A stretch of 64,000 nt of DNA from contig NW_019091355.1 of assembly GCF_001949145.1 (NCBI RefSeq), positions 4,475,374-4,539,373 on the forward strand. The letters are read 5' to 3'. Source of the DNA: Acanthaster planci. Its lineage: Eukaryota. Shown one piece after another: positions 23,719 to 37,160 of this stretch. The position numbers were made by a program, and so were the translations under genes. The notes below the pieces were generated by a model that saw only the letters and a program-made list of their open reading frames with translations, was not told where the DNA came from and did not search any database. How positions within the stretch are numbered: the first letter of the stretch is position 1; every line of letters begins with the position of its first letter.

Positions 23719-24200
23719 GTCTTATCCTGATACCGGCAATTCCGTATGTGTCACGCATACCGTGCACTAGCACTCGTCTTGCTGAACTGGTGCATATAAT
23801 GCATGCGCGAACGCGGATTATGGCATCACATCACATCGGACCACATGGTTTCGCCTATGATCAAAGAGGGGATTTCAGTCTAAAATTTGTCAGTCAGTTG
23901 ATTCGGTTTCTGAACATTCGGACTGACAGAAAATTAGCTTATTTTTTTCTAAACAAGCTTTAACTATTTTGTTATAGGAATAATATCTCAGTAAAGGTAT
24001 TTGTACCAAACATATGAAAAAGACAATATTCGTGACATCCCCTTGTCTAGATTTGGGATCGCCCCCTGGAAACTATGTTTAGGGAACACGATGAGAAGTT
24101 TGCTGGTTCCGGCTAGCCGGATCGTACGGAGCCCCTGAGGGGACAGAGAAAAGTCAGACAGGTATAGATTTTTGTAAAATTCGTTCTTCAGGAATAATTG

Positions 24201-24545
24201 CAGGTGCGGATCCGGGGTCGACCCCCATGCTCTTAGTAAAAACAGGGCCCCCACAGGTGCCCCCACTAAGAAAAAACCCGGATGAGTGGATATTGAACAA
24301 GGCCAACAAAAACTTACCCCATAACTATACCATTGCAAGCTGGTGCCCCATAAGATGCTAGTGCCCTCCACTAGTAAAATCCTAATCCTAGCTACGCCAC
24401 TGGTAAAAAAAAAAAAAAAAAAGGTTAAAAATTGGGAAAATGATTAAAAATAAGTGAAAACAAATACCATCGTAAGCAGTGTATGTCACGTCATGTTTCA
24501 TCATCGTGCCCGCTTGCCCGTAAAAAAACAACAAAGTTCAGGCCC
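24201..24545. mobile_element. Family B-like MITE(s), adjacent copies
   Basis: CAGGTGCGGATCCGGGG...CTAGCTACGCCACTG followed by a segment similar to 15130-15230. Confidence 0.55.
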
Positions 24546-25699
24546 TGACTCCCCGGACTACAGGACGAATAATGCGTAGACAAGTGGAAAATCGGAAAAT
24601 AGTGAGGAGTAGCACAGGAACTCCTGCATTCTTTCAAAGATATTTTACTAACGAAAACGAATATGGATATATGCGTCCCCGTGTTGTACATTACACCATC
24701 ACTGTTTCTCTTAACTCGAGCATGCCGCTGTCGTCAACCATGGTAAGTTCCACAATATGTAGCATATACAAAACAGGGAAAGGGAGTGTTTCATTTTTTG
24801 GCATTCCTGATCCTGTTATCTCTAACATAGCAACAACAAAAATCACAGAAAATTTCTTTGACGAAGTTTAGAGCCTCATAGGGCGAAGCCAGAATCCCTT
24901 GTACGTGTATATTTTGGGGCAAGTTTTTGGCAGGTTCTGTATGGTAGGCCTACATATTTTATAGACTAATGATTGACTTCGTAGAGTTGGAAGGTGCGCC
25001 TACGTAAATAGGCCAGAAATCTGTCAGTCAAGATGGTTAATAAAAGTTATAGGCACTAGAGAGTTCTGACAGCCATGGAAATGGGGAATTGAAGAAATAT
25101 GACACTGAACCTCTGGCCTGGAATTGGGGTTCCCAATTCTGAGCAATCGGGCCCGTCAGAAAGTGGTAGTTTTTAGCCGTTTTGCTGAGGACAGGGAAAT
25201 TTCCTTCATTTAGGGATGGTCTGCTTTGGCTGAGAATTTCTCAAAACGTCATTACCCACCAAAATGAAAGACGACATGTTTAATCATCATTTTTTGGGGC
25301 AGACTGAACACCTGTTAAAGTTTTGATTATTATTACAATAATTTTGAGGTAAAGGGATTTATCACTGTTTCTATGGGAGTTTATTTACGGGCTGCACCCA
25401 GAGGCTAATTTGGTGGGAACTGCACTTTTCTGGTTCACGAACCACTACGAAATTCACGCATAAACTGTCGCGCCAATTCCAAAACGAACAGTCCCCATAC
25501 TAACATGGCTCTTTTCAACCGATGAGGGAGTGCTTTTTCTTAAGACTGATTCCCTTTCCTGGTGACATTTACATTCAAACGTATCCTTCCCAGCCCCAAT
25601 AGTTCATATGGATCTGTCCACGAAGCAGTGGAGTGTTTGTCGTTGAGTCTAGAAATATGAAAACGGAACAATCTTCAATGGATAAAGCAACATGTAAAG

Positions 25700-28110
25700 T
25701 TTGGGACAACACCAAGATCGGTTGGATTCAACAATAATCAGACTATTTAAACACAAATATAGAAGCCCATCATTGCTGGAAAATCACTCGAATAACGAGT
25801 GTACTCTGCGGAACGGACAAAGCGGCAAGTTCGACTGACCTAAAAAGTCATCTTCATTTGCTGCTATTTCTCTTGCTTTTCAAACTATGGAAGTTTGAAA
25901 GTATCAAAATGAAACATTTTCCAGTGGAAAGAGAAACTTTCCGATGACACCAAGATCGGCCGATTTGGACAATAATCACACTATTTAACTAATCAAGGAT
26001 TTATAGACCCCGTAAGATGTGAACACAAGCAAAATTGCACAAAAATAGCGAGCAGTTGGACAAGAACTCTAGCCTTCTTTTGGATATATGTCTTTAATAT
26101 ACAGCAAATATGAATATAAAACTCACATCAATGGACACATGAATATTTGCCGTATGCTATAAAAATAATTATAGGGAGGCGTCTCTGCGCAGGTAGAGGC
26201 TGAGTATGGTGTGGTCAAAGGGAGGATTGCTCAAAAACACGGAGTAGGATGGAAACAACTGTCGAAATTTTTGTATATAAAACGTACGGCACCGGATAGA
26301 GGTTTAAAAATATGCCCTTTCCGATGCCACCACGATTTCCAGCTTTGGACAACTTTCAGACATTTCATGCTCAATAGTGAGTCATCTTTGCTCAGGAAAA
26401 GACCTAGTAAGCTGTGGAGAAAGGGAGAGTTGGAAAAAAGCGGGAAGAAAACAACTATCGCCTTCTTTCGGGAATATTTCCCTGTAACTACAGCAAATGT
26501 GGATTTGAAACGAAAAGAAAAATAAACATACGAATCCCTTTTTGATGCCACCACGATTGGTAGATATGGATAATTTTCAGATCATTTGCGCTCAAATATA
26601 CGGAGCCTTCTTTACGCAGGAACAGAACCGGTAAAGTGTGTTTGTACAAGGGGAGACTGGCATAAAAATAAGAAGCAGTTGGCCAAAGAATCTAGTCTTC
26701 TTTCTTGAATATTCCCCTAACTACAGCAAATATGGATACGAAACTTACATCAGTGGTTAGAGGAACATGTGCTCTTTCAGATAACACCAGGAGTGCCATA
26801 TTTGAATAATTGGGCGAATATATGGAGCCTTCTTTGTGTGGGAATAGAGCCCATAAAGTGTGGACAAAGGGAAAATTGCACAAAAATGGAAAGCAGGTTG
26901 AGAAGAACTTTCGCCTTCCTTTTTTGATATTTCCTTAATTACAGCAAATATGGATATGAATGTTACATCAAAATGAATGTTACATGGTTAGAGGAAGATG
27001 TGCCCTTTCAGATGCCACTACGATTGCCAGATTTAGATAACTGTCAGAGTTTTTATTCTGGAATATAGGGAACTTTCGTTATGCAGGGAACAGAACCAGT
27101 AAAGTGTAGACAAATTGAGAATTGCACAAAAATATGAAGCAGGCTGAGAAGAACTTTTGCCTTCTTGTTTGATATTTCCCAATAAGGATTTGAATGTTAC
27201 ATTAATGGTTAGAGGAACAGGTGCCCTTTCAGATGCCAGATTTGGATAATTTCAGGGCATTTATGCTCGAATATAATGAAACCTCTTTTATGGGCCAACA
27301 GATCTGGTAAAGTGTGCACAAGGGGAGAATCGCACAAATATAGCAAGCAGTTAGACATGAACTGTTGCTTTCTTTCTTAGATATTTTTATTTCTGATTTA
27401 AATATGGATATAAAACTTACATCAATAAGTCGAAGAATATGTGCCCTTTTGGATGCCGGCACGATTGCCAGATTTGTATTATTTTCAGAGCATTTATTTT
27501 TGAACAATGTATATGGATCAATCTTTATGCGGAAACAGATCTGGTAAAGTGTGGACAAACAGAGAATCGCACTAAAAAGCAAGCAGTTGGATAAGAACTG
27601 TTGCCTTCTTTCTTAAATATTTCCATTTCTGAGTTAGATATGGATATGAAACCCACATCAATAGGTAGAGGAACATGTGTCCTTTCGGATGCCACCACCA
27701 TTGGCAGATTTGCATAATTTTCAGGGAATTTATGCTCGAATATGCGGGAACAGAATCGGTAAAGTGTGGATAAAGGGAGAATCGCACAAAATAGGAAGCA
27801 GGTCGTAAAGAACTTTAGCCTTCTTTCTGGGATATTTCTCTAACTACGGCAAATATGGAAACGAAACGTACACCAATAGATAGAGGAACATGTGCCCTTT
27901 CAGATTCCACTACGATTGCCAGATTTGGATATTTTTCAGAGCATTTATGCTCCAATATATGGAGCCATCTGAGATTTGCACAACAACAGCAAGCAGTTGG
28001 ACAAGGACTCTAGCCTTCATTCTGAGATATTTCCCTAACTACAGCAAATATGTTTATGAAGCTTACATATATGGTAAGAGGAACATGTGCCCTTTCAGAT
28101 ACCATCAACA
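25700..28110. repeat. Diverged tandem array of ~190-240-bp units (~10 copies)
   Basis: The anchor ACAGCAAATATGGATA or its variants recurs at ~26101, 26490, 26722, 26941, 27180, 27400, 27638, 27848 and 28041. The motifs GTGCCCTTTCAGATGCCACCACGATTGCCAGATTTGGATAAT and GTAAAGTGTGGACAAAGGGAGAAT also recur. Confidence 0.9.
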
Positions 28111-28859
28111 TACACACATTTCCAGCTTCCTCGAAAACAATGGAATGTATGGACTTATAAACATTGTTATATCGGCCTGCCAAATGCTGAAGATCTTGCA
28201 GTCTGGTATGTCTTACGCTACAGACGTGAAGAACTCTTGCCAGCACTCCAGGGAGTGATCAACTGGTCCTGATGGTAGGGACCAGTCTTTCGTTAATTGC
28301 GTGGAGTTTTGGGAAAATTAAGTTTCTTGGTAATTCTCAGAAATATACTGCACAACCGAAAGACTTTATTTTCTCCATAAAAATTAAAAGACTCACCTCT
28401 GACTTCATGCCAGTGAAGCCCCTATTCTTTCGTTGTCGTCGGTTCCTGCCATGCCGTACCTTGAATGCAAATAAAATCCCATCACAATTTTCAGCAAAGA
28501 ACACAATAAAGCATCACAGTGCTTTGAGACCCGAGCTGGACTGAGAGAGGGCGCAACTTTCCTGACAACTTAGGCTCCTTTGGTGCGAACTGCAATTCGC
28601 TGGTTCACCAACGACTATGAAATGCACGCGATGCTACCAACAAAATGAGTACTCCTGACCAACAAGGCTCTCTTCAACGGATGAGGGGTGCGTCTGCTCG
28701 AGGCAGATTGCTCAGCAGAGTTGAATTTTACTTGTCGAAGATTATCAGCGACAAATGTCGTACCTTAGGGCGAAAATACATGAAATACAAACGTCTCCGA
28801 ATCTTTACGAATGATATAATTACAATACGGGAGATTCACAACAGTACGCCCTGTACCCA

Positions 28860-29610
28860 AACTGGTTTTAAGTCTCCATGGATTGAAAAAAAAAATCATC
28901 AGTTATTTTATAATTCTGGACTATATTGTTTGGGGGATAATAGTGTTCTTGCCAATCCAGAATGGCTAGCCTTATGTTAAACAAACACTTTGCGACCAGT
29001 TTCTTGATAAATGGAGACAAGATGCATACTCATCTAGTAAATGTTATTTGTATAGAGTATTAAGACAGAGCTCTGTTTGAAAAAAAGCTTAATTCGTTTG
29101 TCTCCCAGTCTTTGCTCTTCACTTTGTAAATTCCGTACTGTAAACCATAGGCTGCCTGTCGAAGTAGGGAGATGTCGTAACATTGATAGAGACTTCCGTT
29201 ACTGTACACTCTGCAACGAAAGTGTGTTAGGAGATGAGGTTCATGTCATATTTGAATGTTTAAAAATGCAAGACCTAAGGCTTAAATATATTCCAAAGAG
29301 ACTTTGGGATCATCAACACCTTTCAGTTCTTTCCCTCGACCAGGTCTTTAATTGCTCTGGGCGCAAGCTTGCTAACTTTGTCATGTATGCTAAGGAATGC
29401 TTCCCCTTGAATAGGTATAATTAATGTTGAATGTCAGTTAAAGCTTTGTTTGTATGGCCCTCTTTAATCCTTTCGTGTATATAAAAGGCTGTACCTTCTA
29501 GTTAAGTTGGGAAAAGCCATCCTACGTCGTAATGTGTAATAGTGTTGCGCTCCACAATTAGATGTTGTTATTTAAACAAATTCTGAGCAATAAAACATTC
29601 CTGTAAAAAA
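28860..29610 (+). mobile_element. 5'-truncated, decayed non-LTR retrotransposon (LINE, CR1/L2-group-like ORF2 C-terminus)
   Basis: ORF 29077-29424 carries KFRTVNHRLPVEVGR...RYCTLCN...GDEVHVIFEC, the C-terminal CCHC-type region of LINE ORF2. The upstream part is broken by a stop or frameshift. AATAAA and an A-rich end lie at ~29589-29611. Confidence 0.8.
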
Positions 29611-30850
29611 ATCATCATCTAAACAGAACACTCTCGTTGACTTGTGTGGGTTTTTCCTATACGTAAACTTTACCGTTTACCGTTTGGAGAAATGGTACCA
29701 CTCCAGTCTTGACTTGAAATTGTCACAATATTCGAAGCATTGCATTATTTGGCAGTGCGGCTTGCTTAGTTGAACATAAAAATTGTAATAAAAAAACAGG
29801 CCAAAGATGGCCTTAATGAAGTTAAATTACTTCATGGAATTATTAGTTTTCTTTAACGTGTGTGTGTTCATGCTTTTTTGCAACCCAGGTCAAAATTAAT
29901 GTTTCCACAACGAGAAATATTTCTTGATTAGCTTGAACCCACAAAGTTCATGAAAACGCCAAGTTGTTAATTACAAATAACGGTTAGACACAAGGACCGT
30001 GGGCGCTGATCCTCATGAAGTTTCAGAGGACATGCATAAGTTGATTACTTGTACAGGTACTCCAAATCCTGCAGAAATAATTACAAAAAAAATCGAGAAA
30101 AGGGCACTAAAACCAGTGGATCTAGTTTTCTATCTATATTTGATATTGCTTTAATTACCACATTTAATCCTATAGGTTCATGTGGATTTGCATCGATGTT
30201 CCTTTAATGTCTCTTGCACTTCTATAATGGCCTTGAATTAGCGCCGGACAGGTCAAAGAAAAATCTTGTGTCAATAAATTACATTTTGATATCACATAAA
30301 AGCGCAATAAAATAATGAAAAGTTTCTTATAAACTATGATTCTCTTCTTAATAAATATTCATTTTCACAGACTGAAAACTATATTCTCACCTTTGCCAAC
30401 AACTTAGATTTCCTGTAAGAGATGCAATCACGTCTGGTGGCCGGGCCACGAGTTTTGTTCCCCAAACGGTTTTGTTTCGTGTTTTGTGATTGGTCTGTTA
30501 TATGCACATTGAATGTATGGTTCTCGACATCACAAACCAAACTTATGGTGAGAGAGTTCCTTTTTCATACGTTATTTACAATTTTAATAAAGGAGTTAAA
30601 AACAAAACGAGAGTTTCAAGTCGAAAGTTCTCCCAACCAACCACACATTAGCTGCCAAGCCCCAGTGAATTTGATACCTTATTATATTTAAAATCATGGA
30701 CAGAATTATCAATAACACATAAGCACAGAGGGCTTCCTCTTTCGAAACTGTTGGATCTCGTTCGGGAAAAAGTACGCGGCTGGGCCTTACTTCTTATGTG
30801 GTCTTATAAGTGGTTTAATCTCGTAGCATATCAGTGAAGTTCATAAATGC

Positions 30851-31013
30851 GGCTGTTTCACAATAGAGCGTCTCCAAGAGTTTGCAACACATTAGCCAAT
30901 CACAACGCTCGAAATTTGTCGACCCTTTCTAAAACGACAACTTTCGACAACTTTCGCGCATTGTGATTGGCCAACACGTTGCAAACTCTTGGTGGCGCAT
31001 TATTGTGAATCAC
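30851..31013. mobile_element. Palindromic MITE family A copy
   Basis: GGCTGTTTCACAATAGAGCG ... GCGCATTATTGTGAATCAC. Confidence 0.85.
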
Positions 31014-31700
31014 TTATAATATGGGCCGTGCGTCTCCTTTGTTAAAAGGTACTGGTACGTGGCAGAATGAATATGCAGTCGTAAACCGTCCCATTTTAAA
31101 TGAAGAATGCTTCAGTTTCGATGTTCACCACTGCGAACAATTCATAACTCGTTTTTGAAAGTTTGAAGAACCAATTCGCAAAGGGTACGGTTCTCTTATT
31201 GCCATCTCATCAAATATTTCTCGCTCCACATCGTCCTTTGTAAAAGTGAATATTAGATTAAGAGCCGTTCATTGACTTAACACACACAAACAGGATTTCT
31301 TTATTTTAGTACTAATAGCAAGAAATTACTTAATTCCCTCGCCGGAGAAACTGGATATTGGTTCCCTTATGCAAACAAAATGGATAGGTATACCGAAGCC
31401 TTTTTTTTAGACGACTTCAAGTTTCACACCCATATGGACGACGAAGGCTAGCCGTCTACAAGTTTGCAATATCATCACAAAATGCTATTTGCAATATGGT
31501 CATATTTCGAAACAGAGACAGTATGCGTATATCCTGCCGCGCGCCAAGCCCGTCGTGCATTTTGTTCCAATTTATACCAGTTTGTGGACTTGGTTATAAC
31601 TGGGTGCCATCTCATTAGGTATGATGTTCAAAAAAACCTAAAAACTTTCTTGAAGGGATATGGGGACCTCTGTGTTCTATTGTACGCAGCAGCACGGGCC

Positions 31701-31871
31701 AATACGGCCGTTTCACAATAGTGCGCCACCAAGAGTTTGCAACGTGTTGGCCAATCACAATGCGCGAAAGTTGTCGACCCAATGCGCGTTTAGAAAGGGT
31801 CGACAAATTTCGAGCGTTGTGATTGGCCAACGTGTTGCAAAGTCTTGGAGGCGCTCTATTGTGAAACGGCC
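31701..31871. mobile_element. Palindromic MITE family A, best-preserved copy (opposite orientation)
   Basis: GGCCGTTTCACAATAG ... CTATTGTGAAACGGCC, with long complementary arms around a short loop. Confidence 0.9.
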
Positions 31872-32204
31872 GGCAGTTGTAATGATTGAGTCGTAAGAGG
31901 GTGCACTGTGCACGATCCGCTATCGAGCACTAGCGTCTAGGAACCAAGAAGGAAGGGAGTCCACACGCTTGCGAGGTCGTGTCTGAATTATATGTGTAGT
32001 CCGAAGATGTTAAAAAGCGGCTGCAGTCATTCCACAGATTTGTGTTTCATGAAACAGTCGCAGCCAAGCAATCTTGATATGACCTGATAATTACGACGCA
32101 ATGTCACCGTGAAGATGACTTTGTTTTCCTGACTCAAAAATTCCTAACGACGAAGTTTAGGTAGCAAATCCTCACTAAATAAAAGTGCAAAATCGGTCAG
32201 AAAT

Positions 32205-32220
32205 AGCGCCACCTAGTGAC
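32205..32220 (-). promoter_or_regulatory. CTCF-like motif
   Basis: Minus strand reads GTCACTAGGTGGCGCT, close to the CTCF core CCAC(T/C)AG(G/A)(T/G)GGCGC. Confidence 0.4.
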
Positions 32221-35200
32221 TCTCAGAAAGAGTTTATCCTGGCGGGTTTCTTTTTTTTTTTCTTTTCAAAGGGTTAGGCACGACAATCTATCTTTTTTAA
32301 TTGGCCCTTCGCCGAAGATACGCGCAAAAGTATGCGCTTTTCCTGAGATTAGTTAGAGCCTTACTGTGAATTTGTGATATCTTTGTCTTTCACATTGTTA
32401 TATGTGGAAAATAAAGTAAGAATAAATGATTGATTTCGCTCAGTTCTGAATATAACTGTCCTCCTCTCTACAAAATAGGCCGACAAGTTTCAGGTAATAA
32501 AGAACGAAATACTCCGAGATGGAATCCCCAAATTCGTTATTCATAGAATATCTGTATGATCGATCCGATCGTGGCACCTCTTATTGTAAATACCCCGCGG
32601 GTTTACAAAATGTTATGAGCACGTGCGTGCGTGTGGGATTGTGAAAGTATGACTTGGGATCATCTCTGTAGATTCAGGGGCACCCATCTGAGAAATTGTC
32701 AGAAGAGCCCGAGAAAGGTGATGGATGTCATTTGAATGGCTGCTGAGAGGACTTGGGAACATTCATGTTTTTTGGGGGGGGTGAGTTTGTTTTTGGCGGA
32801 TAAATTCATTGGTTAACCTGCTAAAATTGAAAATCAAATGAAATCTGAAGAACCGAACAACACATTGTTTTTTTGTTTGAGAAGCCTCAGGGACTCCAGT
32901 TGCGTGCCACGGAGGTCTAAACTTTGTTGATTTAACGCTGTTTCCAATGGAGCTTAAGTTAGTTCAGTGCACCTTGATTCGGAATAGAGTGATCATATTT
33001 ATTGGGTCTGGAAACCAGACCCATGTTCGGTTCTATTTTAAAGATCAAGAGAGGGCGTCTTTCAAATGAACTGCTTCTGTCGCGTTTTGTCTGACAACAG
33101 GGTTTTTGCTTCGAGACGTGTGGCTCCCCTTTCTTGGTCTAGTTTCCATGTCTTAGTTCAACTTTTCATTCGAAATAAAATTAAGGGGTAAAAATGTTTT
33201 TGAAACTTCTTTTGCAAAGATAACTGGGTGTTATAACACCGTTCCAGAATGTTTAATTGGCAAAATAATTTTTTTACAACCCGTCAACTGCAATGGTAAA
33301 ATACCACTTTGTTTTCAGTTCATCATTGGTTGTCTTTTGTGGCACGCATTCTTTTTACCTGCAGATCAACTGAATGCTTTCTGTTAAGAAATTGGCATGA
33401 CGTTAAAAACAGCCAGGAATGGGACGAAATAATTCAATTAGTAAAGATGTACTTGACCTGACGTCACCGCTGTATCTCAAGAACAGTCAGCCCTCCTGAC
33501 GGCTTAACACACAGAGCCTTGTTAGTGCAAATCACTCCGTCGCACTAGGCTGAGTAATTAGCTCTTACCGGGGATTTCCTGTTGTCTGACTACTTCCCGA
33601 AGACAACACCCAAATTTTTGGGTCTGACGACCGGCTCCCCGCCTTTAATACACTAAACCGAAATTTGATGTGGTCTGTTGGGAACAGAATTATAAATATC
33701 GCAGAGGGGAATCGGCTCCGATTTCATCAGAGTCAACAGTGTGTGAGAAACAAACAGCTACCAATCACTTAAGGATATCCGGCTAGCAAGGTAGTTCGCT
33801 CCTTTCAGACGAGCTTTTTGAGGTTTCACTACAAGCTCCCTGAATTCGCCGCATTTGGCCCGTACAAGCAAAGATGGCTGTGTGTTGTGTTCGCTAAAAA
33901 GTTTTCGAAAGAAAACAACTCCACAGCAAAATACTCGGCTTTTTAAGTTAAGTGTAGGAAGGTGGCCTAACCCAACATCAAAACACTGTAGGCGCTGCCA
34001 AACAGTACTTTTTTTTAGACTTATGTGCATAACTAAAGAGGTCATAGCAAGAAAGAGAATATTCCGAAAGTGTTATGACCTGATGTTCGTTCCGCACCAA
34101 CGGATATCATTACTGAGTGATATTGAAGGCCGATTCCAGAAAAAAATACAACAGAGAAACAGACTGTACAAAATACATTTTGTTCCGTCGCAGTCGCACT
34201 TAATGGTTTGTTGAGCCGTGGCAACCATTTACGAAGAGAAACGGAAAATGTTGCTGGTATATCCCCAATTTATTGCCCTAATTGGCTCTGGAGTTGTCGG
34301 CGGTAAGCTTCGAGTGTTCAGTTGACTAAATAGGCAACATTATAATATTACTAGTCGCGGGCCGAGTGAGAGCCGATGCGGGCAGTCGCGTGGATAGAAA
34401 GCTTTGGTGTAGGATCGACGACCCAAGGACTACCAACCTCTCAAGGTATTGAGGTAAGCCAGGGGTAATCGTGGCTGATTACTGTGCGGGGTTTGAAGAT
34501 GCTAACACGGCAGCTTTTGTGATCGAGTCGCACTTGACGTAATCGGGGATTTAGCGAATATCAGCTCCAATCAAGCTAACCAACAAAAGCAATGGGATTG
34601 GCGTTTTTATTTGTACAGCGTAGGTGTTCTATTTTACACTGATTCATTTTTATAATACATTTGAAAGGAGCGAATTTAAAATTAACGTCGAGTGACCAAT
34701 CAGATGCAGATTAATTATCTCTTCACACATATTATAGACGTTTGGAGAATATACAAATTCCATCTGCGCCTGAGTAACTTAAAATTACAGGCCGACGGTT
34801 GGGAATTTCTCTAATAACCACTATACGCAGCGTCAGTGAAAATTGCGTTTCTAGTTTGGTTGAGCAGAAGCTCATTTTTGTAATGGGTAATTTATAAAAT
34901 GCTTCAAAAAATACCCAGAGCAGTCATTATTTTGTCAAGAATGTAGACATTAATGCCAGGTGCATTCAATATATTTATTCTTCGAAGTAGCTCCAAAATA
35001 ACGGTTCCATAACTATACCACTCTTCTCCCTTCGCAGTCAGAAATGTTTACTCCTCTAAAGTGGACCTATAGCCTATCCTATAGTGACTGCTCTTCTCTT
35101 TCGTGCCTCATCCGGAAACTGACATCTGATTTGGCTCCGAGTGGGGCGTTGTTTTTGTAATTCGGAGCCGGTAGTGATTCGTTAGGGTTATAGGGTCGCA

Positions 35201-37160
35201 ATGGCAGAGACACTCTTGTGCACTGAGTGATTAACACTTTCCGACGTGTATTTTGCGGATTCCCCAGGGGAAGGCGCACCCGGAAACGATAGGATAATGC
35301 AAGAAGGGCAATTCTGTGTCCATTCGCTGAATATAGACCGCTTCTATATACTGACGTCACAAATGTCATCCATGAAACTCTCCGATCCTTCAGTATTTTG
35401 ATGTTTGGCCACGTTCAGAACGGGCAAAGTAAGAAACTATGCCCACCAAGATGGCGAACCGCAAAGGAGTGTGGGAAATTTGGCATAGAGTTAAACGTAC
35501 ATGGTTTGCAAAATCTATCACCACTTGCATTGCGACCAAAATGTGATTAGACGTGTGGTTCAAACACTTTTTATACGGACTCGTTCTACGCGAATCCGGA
35601 TTGTCATCGGTGATCCAACGTTGGTTAATTGACACCAGAACGCGCCTATAAGTCACCTTATTCACAAGTCAGTCAATTCAGTTGAAAGTGGGATTAGCCT
35701 TTTATTTTGGGGAACCTAAAAAAAATGATATGAATAAATAAAAAAATTATCACAAATTACTGTCATTTATACTAATGAATAGTATGAAATGTTAATAATT
35801 ATATCAAATGTTTTGAGTCACATTAAAAAAGAATAAAAGTGAGGCATGGGCCTAAAAAAGTGCTCCCCATTTAACAGATTACTATGATTAAGATCCTGGA
35901 AACAGGATCAAAGATGGCTTCGCTGTGAATGAGGTCAATGGAGAGCGACAAACCAGCCTTGGGATCACTAATCGAGATCAAGATCCGTGTGACCAACGGG
36001 GACTCGGTATAAGAAGACATTTCCCGCAGTCTGCATCTGACGTTAAATTAATGTAAGACTCCGTTTGTCCTGATGGTGCGTCGGTCATTCAATACTAAGT
36101 CCTTCGCGTCTTCCCTTTGCAATGTTACCTTTGCTATCTTAATGCCAAACTAAAAAGAACTAAAAGACACAAAATATCGCACTCTTAACAGACCTTATTC
36201 TCAGGGAAGCCATTTTGATCATGTTCCTTGAATCTATCTTATCCAATGTAATCTTTCAAATGGGATGGGGCCAGACTAATATGCCTCGTTTTTATTTCTT
36301 AAAAAAATTCTTAAACATTAAGATGAATAAACTGTGTATTTTACATTATCCATCACCGTAAATTAACTTAGTTCGTAATGAACTGCTTTCAGTGCTTTCA
36401 TTTTCATTCTCATAGCCCCCCCCCAAATAATAAAAAGTTAACCTCGTTTCCAATTCAGTAGGGTTGACTTGTGAATGAAATCCAATTGTGTTTTTTTTTC
36501 ATTGCATTGATGCCTCAGCCAATTTGTTTTGGTGTTTGACTGACATAATCTCGTGATTGTCACAGCACTATAGGCATGACCACAGACATTAAATCTTGAA
36601 ACCTGAAGAGGTGTGTCCAGTCAAATGGCCTCCTCTCGTTATCTAACCAAAAAACCCCGACAAAACCCTGCACAGCTGCTGATTCAATCGCTCAGGTAAA
36701 AGGTACGGAGGGAGGGGCTCAGCCGGAAGGGACCCTCATGTTTTTCTTCACTGGACCGATGATACAAGTGGCGGGCATTTAGCGTTAATTAATCCTTCCT
36801 TTCAGTCTCGCTTGATGCTCCGCCCTTTTTGTGTGCCGTCTACATTACCGGTTGCGTTTTGGCGTGAGCGGTTGGTTGGAGTGAATGGGCTTTTACAGAA
36901 ACGAAACAGATTTGACTATGGTTCATCAGGTTCGAAGGGGGTCAGTGTCCCTAAAGCACGCAGACACGTCTCCCTCTCAGTGGAGTTTTCTCTCAAAGTT
37001 GCAGTCAGTTCTGAAATATCAAACTAGAGCTTAGCGGTTACGCTCCGTATTCATCGACTGAGGAACGTATGCATTCACTCTGTTCTTTTGGTTTAAGCCA
37101 GGCAAAATTCCTCTGAATAGCACCTCGACACCTATTTTCCTGCACATCTCTCGCCGCACA

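Noticed and set aside
25700..28258. Tandem array as a CRISPR array or a repetitive protein gene
   Set aside because: The context is eukaryotic, whole units are homologous with no unique spacers, there are no cas genes, and unit lengths vary without keeping frame.
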